Origin: Selenomonadaceae bacterium
Lineage (GTDB): Bacteria; Bacillota; Negativicutes; Selenomonadales; Selenomonadaceae
Length of the DNA: 49,646 nucleotides
Reading direction: 5' to 3'
Assembly: GCA_016280345.1 (NCBI GenBank)
Contig: JAEEGN010000226.1
Coordinates: 1-49,646 of the forward strand
The notes beneath the pieces were generated by a model, which was given only the letters and a program-made list of their open reading frames with translations, was not told where the DNA came from and searched no databases. This document shows positions 1 through 9,578 of this stretch, in pieces; position 1 is the first letter of the stretch, and each line of letters opens with the position of its first letter. The position numbers were made by a program, and so were the translations under genes.

Positions 1-980
1 AGGAGATCAAGATTTTCCATACGGGGTATTCCTCTTCCATCGTCGAGAGCAAGACACGGCGCAATCTGGAAATCCTGCTGACGGAGCAGGCGAGACGGGG
101 GGAGCAGCCGACAGATTCGTTCTATCTGGCGGATTGCTACGTCGGTCTCCACGATTATGAGAAAGCAGTCTATTATGCCCGGAAAACGATTGAGGATGAT
201 GTGAAGTTCCTGGGGATGTCGAACCGGCCGTATCTCATCCTGATTCGTTGCCTTATTCTCTTGAAACGTCCGATTCCGGAAGTGAAGGAAGCGATTGCCA
301 AAGCGAAGGAGCGATTTCCCACCATGCCGGAGTTCCCCATGCTGGCCGGCATCGGTGCCTGGCAGGAGAAGGATTACCTCCGGGCGGAGCGGGAACTTTC
401 CGAAGGCATGGCACTTTATCGGAAGATGAAGGAAAAACCGTTGGAGGATATGTATCTTGGCGACCAGTCTACGAACCTTGTGCCGGATGTGCTTTGGCAT
501 CTGGGGTGTCTGGCGATGTTGCGGGAAGATGGGGAAACGGCGCTGACGTTCTTCACGGATGGTCTGCGCCTTGACCGTTACAATGACAATCTCCTGGCGA
601 AAGTCTGCCAGCTTTTGGCCTCAAAGCCCGTGGCAGAAGCAATCGAGTATCTGAACCATATTTATGATAAAAAGGTTGAAGCGGAATTCCTGGCCCGCAA
701 ATTGGCCGGGACCCCGCTCAAACCCGCCTGCCTTTACTACGAGAGGCAGGCGGGCAAGCGGCTGTTCTCTGACTTTGAGCAGTATCAATATGCGGGACGA
801 TTCGGTCCGGCCGCCTTGGAAGCTTTGGCAGAAGCGGGAAGTTTGACGCGGCTGGCCCGTTTGATTCGGGAACGGCTTCCCGGCCGCTGCGGGGAATTCG
901 ATGTCCTTTTGCCTCCGGACGTTGTTGTGACGGAGGATGAAGAGCGATGCCAGGAGCGGTTGGCAGAGGCACTGCGTTAA
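1..980 (+). CDS. TPR-repeat C-terminal part of a glycosyltransferase-like protein (5' end outside the window)
   Basis: Frame 3 is open from nt 3 (EIKIFHTGYSSSIVESKTRRNLEILLTEQ...) and continues into listed ORF 201..980, with stop TAA at 978-980. TPR-like helical repeats are present (DSFYLADCYVGLHDYEKAVYYARKTIE; LWHLGCLAMLREDGETALTFFTDGLRLD). Only 3 nt separate it from the next glycosyltransferase gene. Confidence 0.5.
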   Translation, partial: EIKIFHTGYSSSIVESKTRRNLEILLTEQARRGEQPTDSFYLADCYVGLHDYEKAVYYARKTIEDDVKFLGMSNRPYLILIRCLILLKRPIPEVKEAIAKAKERFPTMPEFPMLAGIGAWQEKDYLRAERELSEGMALYRKMKEKPLEDMYLGDQSTNLVPDVLWHLGCLAMLREDGETALTFFTDGLRLDRYNDNLLAKVCQLLASKPVAEAIEYLNHIYDKKVEAEFLARKLAGTPLKPACLYYERQAGKRLFSDFEQYQYAGRFGPAALEALAEAGSLTRLARLIRERLPGRCGEFDVLLPPDVVVTEDEERCQERLAEALR

Positions 981-983
981 TGG

Positions 984-3900
984 ATGAGAGTCCGGAAAGA
1001 GAAGAGGCGTGCGATGACTACGAGGGATAGGAGCGACGAACTGCGGCAAACGATATACGACGCTCTGGCCCGGCATGCGTATGAAGCGGCCCGGACGGCG
1101 ATAGAAGCGTTTCGTCCCGGACATGAGATTGAAGCCCAGGAACTTCTCGCCAGTACTTTTATCGAGGAAGGGGATGGTCTGCGGGCGACAGCCGCGACGA
1201 AGGAATTGGAGCGTCTGGCGCCAGGCAGTGTTTATGCCGGGTATCTTTCCGCCCGGGCGGCTTTTCTCCAGGGAAGCCGACGGGCGGTCGCAGAGTCTCT
1301 GGAATCTTTGCTGGCGGAGAAAAGAACGATTGCTCCAGTCTATCAGGAAAAGATATACAATCTTCTCGGACAGTGCTATCGTTTCTTCGGAGAATGCGAG
1401 AAAAGCGCGCAGTGCTATCGGAAGGCAGCACAGGCTGCGGATTCTCTGGAACTGAAAGCGCTGGAGTACAGCGATTACCTTTTCAACTGCCATTACCTTC
1501 CGGCCGGGATCGCGGAAAAGCGGCGGCAACGCGCTGCCGGATATGATGCGCTTTTTCGCGACGTACCACGCTTCCTGCCGCGCTGGCGGACGGCGGAGAA
1601 AAAAATTCGTCTGGGCTATATTTCGCCCGATTTCCGCAATCATGTGGTGTTGCGTTTCTGCTACGTCCTGTTAACGCGCTATGACCGGGAGCGCTTCGAG
1701 GTTTTCGCTTATGCGAATTGCCCGGAAGATGCGTATAGTCAGAAACTTGCCGAGAAAGCGGATGCCTGGAGGAACATCCGCAGCCTATCGGCGGAAGAGG
1801 CAGCCCGGCTGATTTACGAGGACGGAGTAGATATCCTGGTCGATCTGGCCGGCCATACCAGAGGAAATTCCCTGCCTGTTCTGGCGTACAAACCGGCTCC
1901 GGTACAGGTATCGGGCATAGGGTATTTTGCTTCCACCGGACTTTCAGCGGTGGATTATTTCATCGGTGACCCGTATCTTGACGATGCGCTTACCGCCGGA
2001 GAATTCACGGAAAAGATGCTGCTCCTTCCAGCCAGCCATTTTTGCTATACACCGTTAGGAAAGGAGCCGCTTCCGGCCGAAGCACCCTGTCAGCGCAACG
2101 GGTATGTGACTTTTGGCAGCTTCAACAACTTCTCCAAAGTCAATGACGAGGTACTTCTGGTATGGCGCGATATTCTGCGGGCCGTACCGGGATCCCGGTT
2201 GTTGCTCAAAGCAGGTATCTTCGATTATGAAGATGGCCGCTCGGCGGTCCGGGATCGTCTGGCGCGGTTGGGCTTCGACTCGGAACGGGTCGAGACGCGG
2301 GGAGAGACCCGAGAATATTTGAATGAATATGCGGACGTTGATATTGCCCTCGATACGTTCCCCTACCCGGGAGGCGGAACGACCTGCGATGCGCTGTATA
2401 TGGGAGTGCCGGTGGTGACGCTGGTGGATGACAGCCACGGCGGACGCTTCGGCGCGAGTCTGCTTCACAATATCGGTTTGGGCGAGCTGGTGACGGCTTC
2501 CCGGGAGGATTACGTCGCCCGGGCGGTGGGACTGGCGCAAGACAGGGATTTGATCGAGCTCTTGCATCGTGATTTGCGGGGGATGATGCAGCATTCGCCG
2601 CTGATGGACCGGGACGGCTATCTGCACGGGATTGAGGAAGCGTATCGCGGGATATGGCACGCCTACTGCGACGGCCAGAAAGCGCCCGGGTATCGTGAAG
2701 TGCGGACGCTTACCGCTCGTCTCGATTCTTTCCAGACCGCCGGGGACGAGAAACAAGCGTTGGCCGCCGCGGACCATATACTGGCAGCAAAGCCGGCCAA
2801 CCGGCCCCTGCTGGAAAAGCTGGCGGAGACCTATATCGACGCGAAGGACGAAATGGCCGAAGCGGCGGTCAGGGCGCTGGGGGTCGATGAGAAGCCGTAC
2901 GGGTACGGATTCTTTCTCGAAGCCAACGTTGCCGCCTTGAAGAAGGATGACGAAAAGGCGGCGTCTCTCGCGAAAAAAGCCCTGGAAAAAGGCGATCTTC
3001 TTCCCTGGCAGACGGGAGCAACTCATCATCTTCTGGCGGAGCTTTACAAAGCGCACGGCAATCCCCGGCAGGCGGCGGAGGAGTACCTGCAGTCAAGCCG
3101 AAGTACGGACCATGATTTTACCAGACTGGCGGATTACAGCAACTATCTGCTGACACGCCATTTCATTTCCCTCTCCGCCGGGGATCATCTGGCGGCGGCC
3201 AGGGGTTACGGGGCGCTTTTGGCAGACACGCCGCGCTTTTCTCACGACCGGGCACGCCATCAGCACGACAAGCTTCGCCTGGGTTATATCTCGCCCGATT
3301 TCTGCCGTCATATCGTTGCCTGCTTCAGTCAGGCGTTTTTCCAGGCGGCGGACCGGGAGCGGTTTGAGGTCTTCGGTTACGCGAAATGCCGGGAGGATTG
3401 GGTGAGTCGTGATTTCGCGGCGGCAGCGGACCAGTGGAGAAATATCAGGGCGCTTTCGAACAAGGACGCCGCGGAACTCATTTTCCGGGATGAGATCGAT
3501 ATCCTTGTCGATCTGTCCGGCCATACGGCGGACAACGCTCTGCCGATTCTGGCCTATAAGCCGGCGCCGGTCATCCTCTCCGGCGTTGGGTATTTCGATA
3601 CGACCGGTCTGGAAACGGTGGACTATTTCCTGACCGACCAGTATACGGCGCTGCCGGGAGCGGAAAGGCATTTCCGAGAGAGGCTCATACGATTGCCACA
3701 CAGCCATCTTTGCTATACGCCTCTTTCAGAGGTATCGCAACAAGTCTCGCCCCCGCCGTTTTCCCGGAATGGTTTTGTTGTCTTCGGCAGCCTGAATCAA
3801 TACAATAAGCTGACGGAGCCAGTACTGGCTGCCTGGGCAGAAATCCTGCGACGTCTGCCGGAATCGAGGCTGTTCCTCAAGGCAAGCACCTTCGATGAAC

Positions 3901-4349
3901 CGGCTCGTTGTCAGGAGATTCAGTCCCGGCTGGAAGGTCTGGGATTCCCGATGGACCGGGTTGACTTTGAAGGCTATACCCACGAGTATTTCAGAGCCTA
4001 CGACAGAATCGATATCGCCCTTGACAGCTTTCCTTATCCGGGCGGAGGGACAACCTGCGACGCGCTTTACATGGGGGTTCCGGTGATATCCCTATACGGG
4101 GAAAAACACCATGAGCGGTTTGGCCTGAGCCTTCTGACGAACCTTGGACTGAGCGAGCTGGCGGTTTCCTCCTGGGAGGAATACACGGACCGGGCGGTAG
4201 GACTGGCCCGCGACGCGGAACTACTGGCCGCCCTGCGCCGGGAACTGCGGCCGATGATGCGGCGTTCACCGGTAATGGACATGACGCTCTATATGCGTGA
4301 TCTGGAAGACGTCTATCGCGCGATATGGCGCGACTGGTATGCCGGGTAA
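984..4349 (+). CDS. Tandem-duplicated TPR + GT41 (O-GlcNAc transferase / SPINDLY-like) glycosyltransferase, 1121 aa
   Basis: Two complete modules are visible. KIRLGYISPDFRNHVV / KLRLGYISPDFCRHIV; ERFEVFAYAN / ERFEVFGYAK; DILVDLAGHTRGNSLPVLAYKPAPVQVSGIGYF / DILVDLSGHTADNALPILAYKPAPVILSGVGYF; DIALDTFPYPGGGTTCDALYMGVPVVTL / DIALDSFPYPGGGTTCDALYMGVPVISL. Each module is preceded by TPR-like helices. Confidence 0.8.
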   Translation: MRVRKEKRRAMTTRDRSDELRQTIYDALARHAYEAARTAIEAFRPGHEIEAQELLASTFIEEGDGLRATAATKELERLAPGSVYAGYLSARAAFLQGSRRAVAESLESLLAEKRTIAPVYQEKIYNLLGQCYRFFGECEKSAQCYRKAAQAADSLELKALEYSDYLFNCHYLPAGIAEKRRQRAAGYDALFRDVPRFLPRWRTAEKKIRLGYISPDFRNHVVLRFCYVLLTRYDRERFEVFAYANCPEDAYSQKLAEKADAWRNIRSLSAEEAARLIYEDGVDILVDLAGHTRGNSLPVLAYKPAPVQVSGIGYFASTGLSAVDYFIGDPYLDDALTAGEFTEKMLLLPASHFCYTPLGKEPLPAEAPCQRNGYVTFGSFNNFSKVNDEVLLVWRDILRAVPGSRLLLKAGIFDYEDGRSAVRDRLARLGFDSERVETRGETREYLNEYADVDIALDTFPYPGGGTTCDALYMGVPVVTLVDDSHGGRFGASLLHNIGLGELVTASREDYVARAVGLAQDRDLIELLHRDLRGMMQHSPLMDRDGYLHGIEEAYRGIWHAYCDGQKAPGYREVRTLTARLDSFQTAGDEKQALAAADHILAAKPANRPLLEKLAETYIDAKDEMAEAAVRALGVDEKPYGYGFFLEANVAALKKDDEKAASLAKKALEKGDLLPWQTGATHHLLAELYKAHGNPRQAAEEYLQSSRSTDHDFTRLADYSNYLLTRHFISLSAGDHLAAARGYGALLADTPRFSHDRARHQHDKLRLGYISPDFCRHIVACFSQAFFQAADRERFEVFGYAKCREDWVSRDFAAAADQWRNIRALSNKDAAELIFRDEIDILVDLSGHTADNALPILAYKPAPVILSGVGYFDTTGLETVDYFLTDQYTALPGAERHFRERLIRLPHSHLCYTPLSEVSQQVSPPPFSRNGFVVFGSLNQYNKLTEPVLAAWAEILRRLPESRLFLKASTFDEPARCQEIQSRLEGLGFPMDRVDFEGYTHEYFRAYDRIDIALDSFPYPGGGTTCDALYMGVPVISLYGEKHHERFGLSLLTNLGLSELAVSSWEEYTDRAVGLARDAELLAALRRELRPMMRRSPVMDMTLYMRDLEDVYRAIWRDWYAG

Positions 4350-4497
4350 TCCCCCTGATAATTATCGGATTCTTCCTGTTGCTTCTGAGCGCGGGTCTGA
4401 TTTTGGGTTTTTCCCGGGAAAAATCTGTCGTCAAAAAAGGATTTTGGTCTTTCATGTCGAATAGTTCCAAATGATACCGGAGGGAGGAATTGTCATC

Positions 4498-5079
4498 ATG
4501 AAACGTTTTTTTTTGGCCGGAGCCTTATCGCTTTTACTATTGCCGGGCATCGCTCTGGCCGGTCCGGGCAGTGTTGAAGGACATATCAGGCTGGCACCCC
4601 GTCCGGGGCTGACGACCATGGGAATGGCCAATGGCGATACGGGATTTGGTGTGCCACTGACCGGCAAGCAGGAAAGGATCAACCGGGACACGAAGCTGCA
4701 CCTTATCGGGCAGGAAATCAATATGTCCCGTCTGACTCCGGACGAAATCGAGAAGTGGTACAAGCAGGGAGAGCCGCCGGCGGGCCGCCCCATTTTCATC
4801 ACCACGACGAAGGAAGATGGCACTTACGGATTCGCCAATGTTCCGCCCGGACGCTACTATCTTATCATTGTTGCCGGTCAGATGGATCCGGTGGGGAACA
4901 ATAATGTGACCCGGACGGTATTGGGGGAGAAGCTGTCGAAATATCTTCCGAACTGGGATCAGTTTGCGGTTTACAACATCGGCTTGAACAGTGCCACAAT
5001 CCATGAGGTAACGGTAACTGACGATACGGCGACGAAGTTTGACTTTGATTTCGGGGTATCGGGAATCTCAAATAAATAA
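4498..5079 (+). CDS. Small secreted protein with a carboxypeptidase-regulatory-like beta-sandwich motif
   Basis: ATG 4498 lies behind the RBS GGAGGGAGG (4481-4489). Signal peptide MKRFFLAGALSLLLLPGIALA. The motif DGTYGFANVPPGRYYLIIV is typical of CarboxypepD_reg-like folds. Listed ORF 4471..5079 begins upstream at an in-frame ATG without an RBS. Confidence 0.6.
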   Translation: MKRFFLAGALSLLLLPGIALAGPGSVEGHIRLAPRPGLTTMGMANGDTGFGVPLTGKQERINRDTKLHLIGQEINMSRLTPDEIEKWYKQGEPPAGRPIFITTTKEDGTYGFANVPPGRYYLIIVAGQMDPVGNNNVTRTVLGEKLSKYLPNWDQFAVYNIGLNSATIHEVTVTDDTATKFDFDFGVSGISNK

Positions 5080-5100
5080 TCGGAAGGTATCAATCCATTA

Positions 5101-5130
5101 AAAAAAGCCTCGCATCCGCGAGGCTTTTTT
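5101..5130. terminator. Bidirectional intrinsic terminator between convergent genes
   Basis: AAAAAA-GCCTCGC-atcc-GCGAGGC-TTTTTT. The 7-bp GC stem is flanked by an A-run and a T-run. Confidence 0.8.
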
Positions 5131-5194
5131 GATGGATATTGCGCAAAGGAAGGGGACAAGGCAACCGACAGAAACGCGATCCGTCATCATATTT

Positions 5195-8100
5195 TCATCC
5201 GGCGTCACCAGCGTTCCGGGAGGCGTGGGGGCCTTTTTCCCGGGCGACCGAAAGCATCAGCTTGATGCGGTTTTCCTGGTTCACCTCACTGGTGCCGGCA
5301 TCGCAATCCAGGGCGATGATGTTGCTGTCGGGATAACGGTTGCGAAGAGCGTGCATAACGCCCTTGCCGGTAATGTGGTTAGGCAGACAGCCGAAGGGCT
5401 GGAGGCAGATGACGTTCGGCACGCCGGCCTCCACCAGTTCCATCATCTCGCCGGTCAGGAACCAGCCTTCGCCGGCCATGTTCCCCAGTGAGACCTGCCG
5501 GGCAGCAAGGGTTGCCAGTTCCTTGATATTCGCCGGCGGCGCGAATCGACGGCTCTTGGCGAGAGCCTTGACTGCCGGGCGGCGGAAGAATTCCAGCACC
5601 TGAATCGACATTTCCGCTTTCAGCTTGTTGAGATAGCTGCCATCGAGAAGGCTATGCTTGACGATATCATCATAGGCGATGTACTCCATGAAATTCAGGA
5701 GGTCCGGCATGACGACCTCGGCGCCTTCGGCGGCCAGCAGTTCCTCCAGATGGTTGTTGGCGACCGGATGGTACTTTACCAGGATTTCCCCTACAATACC
5801 AACCCGTGGCTTCCATAAGTCTTCGTGGATGGGAAGCTCGTCGAATTCCTCCACGATTGCCTGGATATTCTGCCGGAACCGGAAATAATTTCCCCGCCTG
5901 ATTTCGTTCTTGACGCGGACCATCCATTTGGCGAGGAGCCGTTGCGCGGAGCCGGGCATCTTCTCATAGGGCTGGACGCGATTCCTTACCCGTGTCAGGA
6001 GGTCGCCATAGACAAGGCTTTTCGTCACGTCAGCGGAGCAACCATGTGTCAGCACGAAAGCGTCCGTCTCGCTGGGCCGGCCGACACAGGCGAAAACCGG
6101 CACCTGAGGATAGCCGGCGTCCTTCAGGGCCTCACGCATTAAGTTCAGGTAGTTCGTTGCCCGGCATGCTCCACAGGTCTGGAACATCATGATTGCCGTG
6201 TGGTCAGGATCAGCGGCGCCGGACCGGAGCACGGACAGGAGCTGACCAATCACGACAATGGCTGGATAGCACATATCGTTGTTGATGTAACGCAGGCCGA
6301 GATCGATGGCGCCGCGCTCCGGCATATCCGGTATCACCAGATTGTAGCCGTGCTTTTGCAGCGTCGTCTCGATCAGTTCGAACTGGATGGGGGCCATTTG
6401 CGGCGCCAGAATGGTATGCGTCTTGCGGCAGGCTTCCGTAAAGCGCGGCCGCTCAATCACGACCGGCGTCTCGCAGGGGACTGCCTGCCGCCTGGCCAGC
6501 GCCGCAATCAGCGAGCGGATACGGATGCGGGCCGCGCCGAGGTTCGATACCTCGTCCAGTTTGATAAGCGTATAGAGACGGTGGTGGCGCTCCAGGATAG
6601 AGCGGACCTCACCGGTGGTGATGGCGTCCAGTCCGCAGCCGAATGAACTGAACTGGATCAGCGTGATGTTGTCATGTTCCGCCGCATAGCTCGCCGCATG
6701 GTACAAGCGGGCGTGGTAACTCCACTGGTTCACGACGGTAAGCACGTTGTCCTTCACCGGCTGGTGGTACACCATATCCTCCGACAGAACCGGCAGGCCG
6801 TAGGACTGGATCAGCTCCGGTATCCCATGATTGATCTCCGGATCGATATGATAGGGACGCCCCGCCAGCAGGACGGCTGGCAGATGCTCCCGCTCGATGC
6901 GTTCCAGTATTTTTTCGCCGTAACTTCGGACATCCTTTTTGTAGTGTTCCAGCTCGATATAGGCAGCCTCCACCGCCGCCTCAATCTCGCTGCGGGCCAG
7001 CCCTTCACCCGCCAGTTCCTCCGCCAGCCGTTTCGCGAGGCGCTTGGGGTGATTCAGCGGCAAAAAGGGCTGAAGGAAAGTAACGTCCTTTTCCTTCAGG
7101 ATATCCATATTGCCGCGGATATTCTCGGCATAGGAGGCAACAACGGGACAATTGTAATGGTTGTCCGCCGGGGCAGCTTCATCGACGATGTTGTAAGGGA
7201 TACAGGGATAGAAGATTTTTCGGACGCCCTTCTGCACGAGGTCCATGATATGACCGTGAACCAGTTTCGCCGGGTAGCAAAGGGAGTCAGAAGGGACGGT
7301 GGCCATGCCCTGATAATATGTCTGGGCCGTGGAATCTCCCGACAACACGACCTCATACCCCAGCATGGTAAAGAAGGTGAACCAGAACGGATAGTCTTCG
7401 TACATATTCAGCACGCGGGGTATGCCGATCTGTCCCCGGGCCGGATGCGCCAGCGGGCGGTAGTAGTCAAAAAGACGGCGGTATTTGTATTCGTAGATGT
7501 TCGGCGCCTTGTCCTGTGACTTCTTGCCGCCTATGCCGCGTTCGCAGCGATTGCCGGTGAAATAGCGTCCGCCGTCGGAAAAGGTGGAGGCCGTGATCAG
7601 GCAGCGATTGCCGCAGCCCTGGCAACGATAGGAGCGCGTCTTCACGGAAAAGTCTTTCAGCCTGGAGGCGGACAAAAGAGACGATTGTTCCCGGCCCGAT
7701 TCCAGCGCCAGTATGGCTGCGCCATAGGCCCCCATGAGCCCGGCGATGTCAGGCCGGATGACGTCGCGGTGCAGAAGAATCTCCATGGCCCGGAGCACCG
7801 CGTCGTTGTAAAACGTGCCGCCCTGAACCACGATATGGTCGCCCAGCGAGGCCACATCCCGGAGCTGCATGACCTTGAAAAGCGCGTTCTTGATGACAGA
7901 GAGCGCGATGCCGGCGGAAATGTCGCTGACGGAAGCGCCCTCCTTCTGCGCTTGCTTGACACGGGAATTCATGAACACGGTGCAGCGGGTGCCAAGGTCC
8001 ACCGGTTCCCGTGAGTCAATGGCCCGGGCCGCAAATTCACCCGGCGTCAGATTCAACCCCTGGGCAAAATTCTGGATGAAGGAGCCGCAGCCCGCCGAGC

Positions 8101-9433
8101 AGGCTTCATTCAGCGTGATGCTTCCGATGTTGCCGTGTTCGACGAAGAAGCACTTCATGTCCTGCCCGCCGATGTCAAGGACGAAGGAAACCTCGGGGCA
8201 GAATTCCTGCGCCGCCCGGAGATGGGCGAAGGTCTCCACCTCACCGCCGTCGGCGTGGATGGCCGCTTTGACGATATCTTCCCCGTAGCCCGTCGTCATT
8301 ACCGCGGCTACATACTGTCCCGGTCGCAGCGCCGCGTAAAAGCGCTTCAGTTCCTCGATGACGGAGCCCAGAGGTGAGCCGCCATTGACGCCGTAGGCTG
8401 TGTAGAGCAACTCCTTGTTCCGGCCGATAGCGGCCAGCTTCGTTGTCGTCGAGCCGGCGTCGATACCGAGATAGAGGGCCCCCCGGTAAGCAGAAATATC
8501 GCCGCGCCGCACCCGATCACGGTCGTGGCGCGCCTTGAAAATGCGGTATTCCTCCGCGTCATGGAAGAGCACGAAGGTTGAAGACCGCGTTTCCATCACC
8601 GCTTCCTGCCGCACTTTCTCAATACTCTGAGCCAGGTGACAAAAGTCAATCTCCTTGCTTTCCTCCGAGAGTGCTGCTCCCATGGCTACGAAGAAGCAGC
8701 CGTCCTTTACCGGCACGATCTCGTCCGGTGTCAATTTCAGCGTCTCGATGAATCGCTGCCGAAGTGCCGACAGGAAATAGAGCGGGCCGCCCAGAAAAGC
8801 GATATGGCCGGCGATGGGACGCCCCTGGGCCAGGTTGCTGATGGTCTGGTTCACCACCGCCTGGAAGATGGACAGCGCGATATCGGCTTTAGCGACGCCG
8901 TCGTTCACCAGCGCCTGAATATCCGTTTTGGCGAATACACCGCAGCGGGAAGCGATGGTATAGATCTGCCGCCCTTTTTCCGCCAGCGCGTTGAGACCGG
9001 GGGCGTCCGTGGAGAGCAGTGCCGCCATATGATCGATGAAGGAGCCGGTGCCGCCGGCACAAACGCCATTCATGCGCTGCTCCGACGCCTGTCCGAAATA
9101 CGTGATCTTGGCGTCCTCACCGCCCAGTTCCACCGCCGTATCCGTCTCCGGGATCAGCGACCGCACCGCCGAGGCGCAGGCAATAACCTCCTGCACGAAA
9201 GGCAGACCAACCCGCTGGGCCACGCCCATGCCGGCAGATCCCGTCAAGGCAAAAGAAAAGCTCTGCTGCCCAACGACCTCGCGCAACTTGGAGAGATTCT
9301 CGTGCAACGCCTTGCTGATTTCAGAGAAATGCCGGGCGTAGGTCTTATAGACAATTTCCTTCGCCTGGTTCAGCACCACGACCTTGATGGTCGTAGAACC
9401 GATATCGATGCCCACATTCAAAACGGAATTCAT
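5195..9433 (-). CDS. CoA-substrate-specific enzyme activase fusion (two BcrAD/BadFG-type ATPase domains plus DUF2229-like C-terminal domains)
   Basis: Two acetate/sugar-kinase-fold ATPase starts are present (VGIDIGSTTIKVVV and YLGIDAGSTTTKLA). A Cys cluster YRCQGCGNRCLI follows, then a long C-terminal region typical of the roughly 1400-aa clostridial 'activase' proteins. I prefer the start at ATG 9433 (MNSVLNVGIDIGS) over the ORF maximum at 9499, which has no RBS. Confidence 0.8.
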   Translation of the reverse strand: MNSVLNVGIDIGSTTIKVVVLNQAKEIVYKTYARHFSEISKALHENLSKLREVVGQQSFSFALTGSAGMGVAQRVGLPFVQEVIACASAVRSLIPETDTAVELGGEDAKITYFGQASEQRMNGVCAGGTGSFIDHMAALLSTDAPGLNALAEKGRQIYTIASRCGVFAKTDIQALVNDGVAKADIALSIFQAVVNQTISNLAQGRPIAGHIAFLGGPLYFLSALRQRFIETLKLTPDEIVPVKDGCFFVAMGAALSEESKEIDFCHLAQSIEKVRQEAVMETRSSTFVLFHDAEEYRIFKARHDRDRVRRGDISAYRGALYLGIDAGSTTTKLAAIGRNKELLYTAYGVNGGSPLGSVIEELKRFYAALRPGQYVAAVMTTGYGEDIVKAAIHADGGEVETFAHLRAAQEFCPEVSFVLDIGGQDMKCFFVEHGNIGSITLNEACSAGCGSFIQNFAQGLNLTPGEFAARAIDSREPVDLGTRCTVFMNSRVKQAQKEGASVSDISAGIALSVIKNALFKVMQLRDVASLGDHIVVQGGTFYNDAVLRAMEILLHRDVIRPDIAGLMGAYGAAILALESGREQSSLLSASRLKDFSVKTRSYRCQGCGNRCLITASTFSDGGRYFTGNRCERGIGGKKSQDKAPNIYEYKYRRLFDYYRPLAHPARGQIGIPRVLNMYEDYPFWFTFFTMLGYEVVLSGDSTAQTYYQGMATVPSDSLCYPAKLVHGHIMDLVQKGVRKIFYPCIPYNIVDEAAPADNHYNCPVVASYAENIRGNMDILKEKDVTFLQPFLPLNHPKRLAKRLAEELAGEGLARSEIEAAVEAAYIELEHYKKDVRSYGEKILERIEREHLPAVLLAGRPYHIDPEINHGIPELIQSYGLPVLSEDMVYHQPVKDNVLTVVNQWSYHARLYHAASYAAEHDNITLIQFSSFGCGLDAITTGEVRSILERHHRLYTLIKLDEVSNLGAARIRIRSLIAALARRQAVPCETPVVIERPRFTEACRKTHTILAPQMAPIQFELIETTLQKHGYNLVIPDMPERGAIDLGLRYINNDMCYPAIVVIGQLLSVLRSGAADPDHTAIMMFQTCGACRATNYLNLMREALKDAGYPQVPVFACVGRPSETDAFVLTHGCSADVTKSLVYGDLLTRVRNRVQPYEKMPGSAQRLLAKWMVRVKNEIRRGNYFRFRQNIQAIVEEFDELPIHEDLWKPRVGIVGEILVKYHPVANNHLEELLAAEGAEVVMPDLLNFMEYIAYDDIVKHSLLDGSYLNKLKAEMSIQVLEFFRRPAVKALAKSRRFAPPANIKELATLAARQVSLGNMAGEGWFLTGEMMELVEAGVPNVICLQPFGCLPNHITGKGVMHALRNRYPDSNIIALDCDAGTSEVNQENRIKLMLSVAREKGPHASRNAGDAG

Positions 9434-9578
9434 ACGATTATTCGCACCACCCGGAAAGGGAATAGGGGAGGGGGGCGTACCCCCGCGGTTAATTGTCATT
9501 ATATCACATCATCGACAATTGGAAAGAAAAACATGACGAAAAAAGGAAAATTTTCATAATTATTCCAATCGTAGTCAT

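Noticed and set aside
621-1643. Long antisense or overlapping ORFs throughout the track (e.g. 621-1643 minus, 2055-3056 minus, 24644-26194 minus, 31571-32911 minus, 32829-33878 minus, 39033-40082 minus, 40104-40907 minus).
   Set aside because: They overlap genes with clear family motifs on the other strand. Their products are Arg/Pro/Gly-rich and low in complexity, and they lack RBSs. These are typical shadow ORFs of roughly 58% GC DNA.
4408-4423. 16-nt perfect palindrome TTTTTCCCGGGAAAAA between the GT41 gene and the secreted-protein gene.
   Set aside because: The stem is short with no loop. It could be a weak terminator or chance, and there is no second copy or associated regulator in the window.
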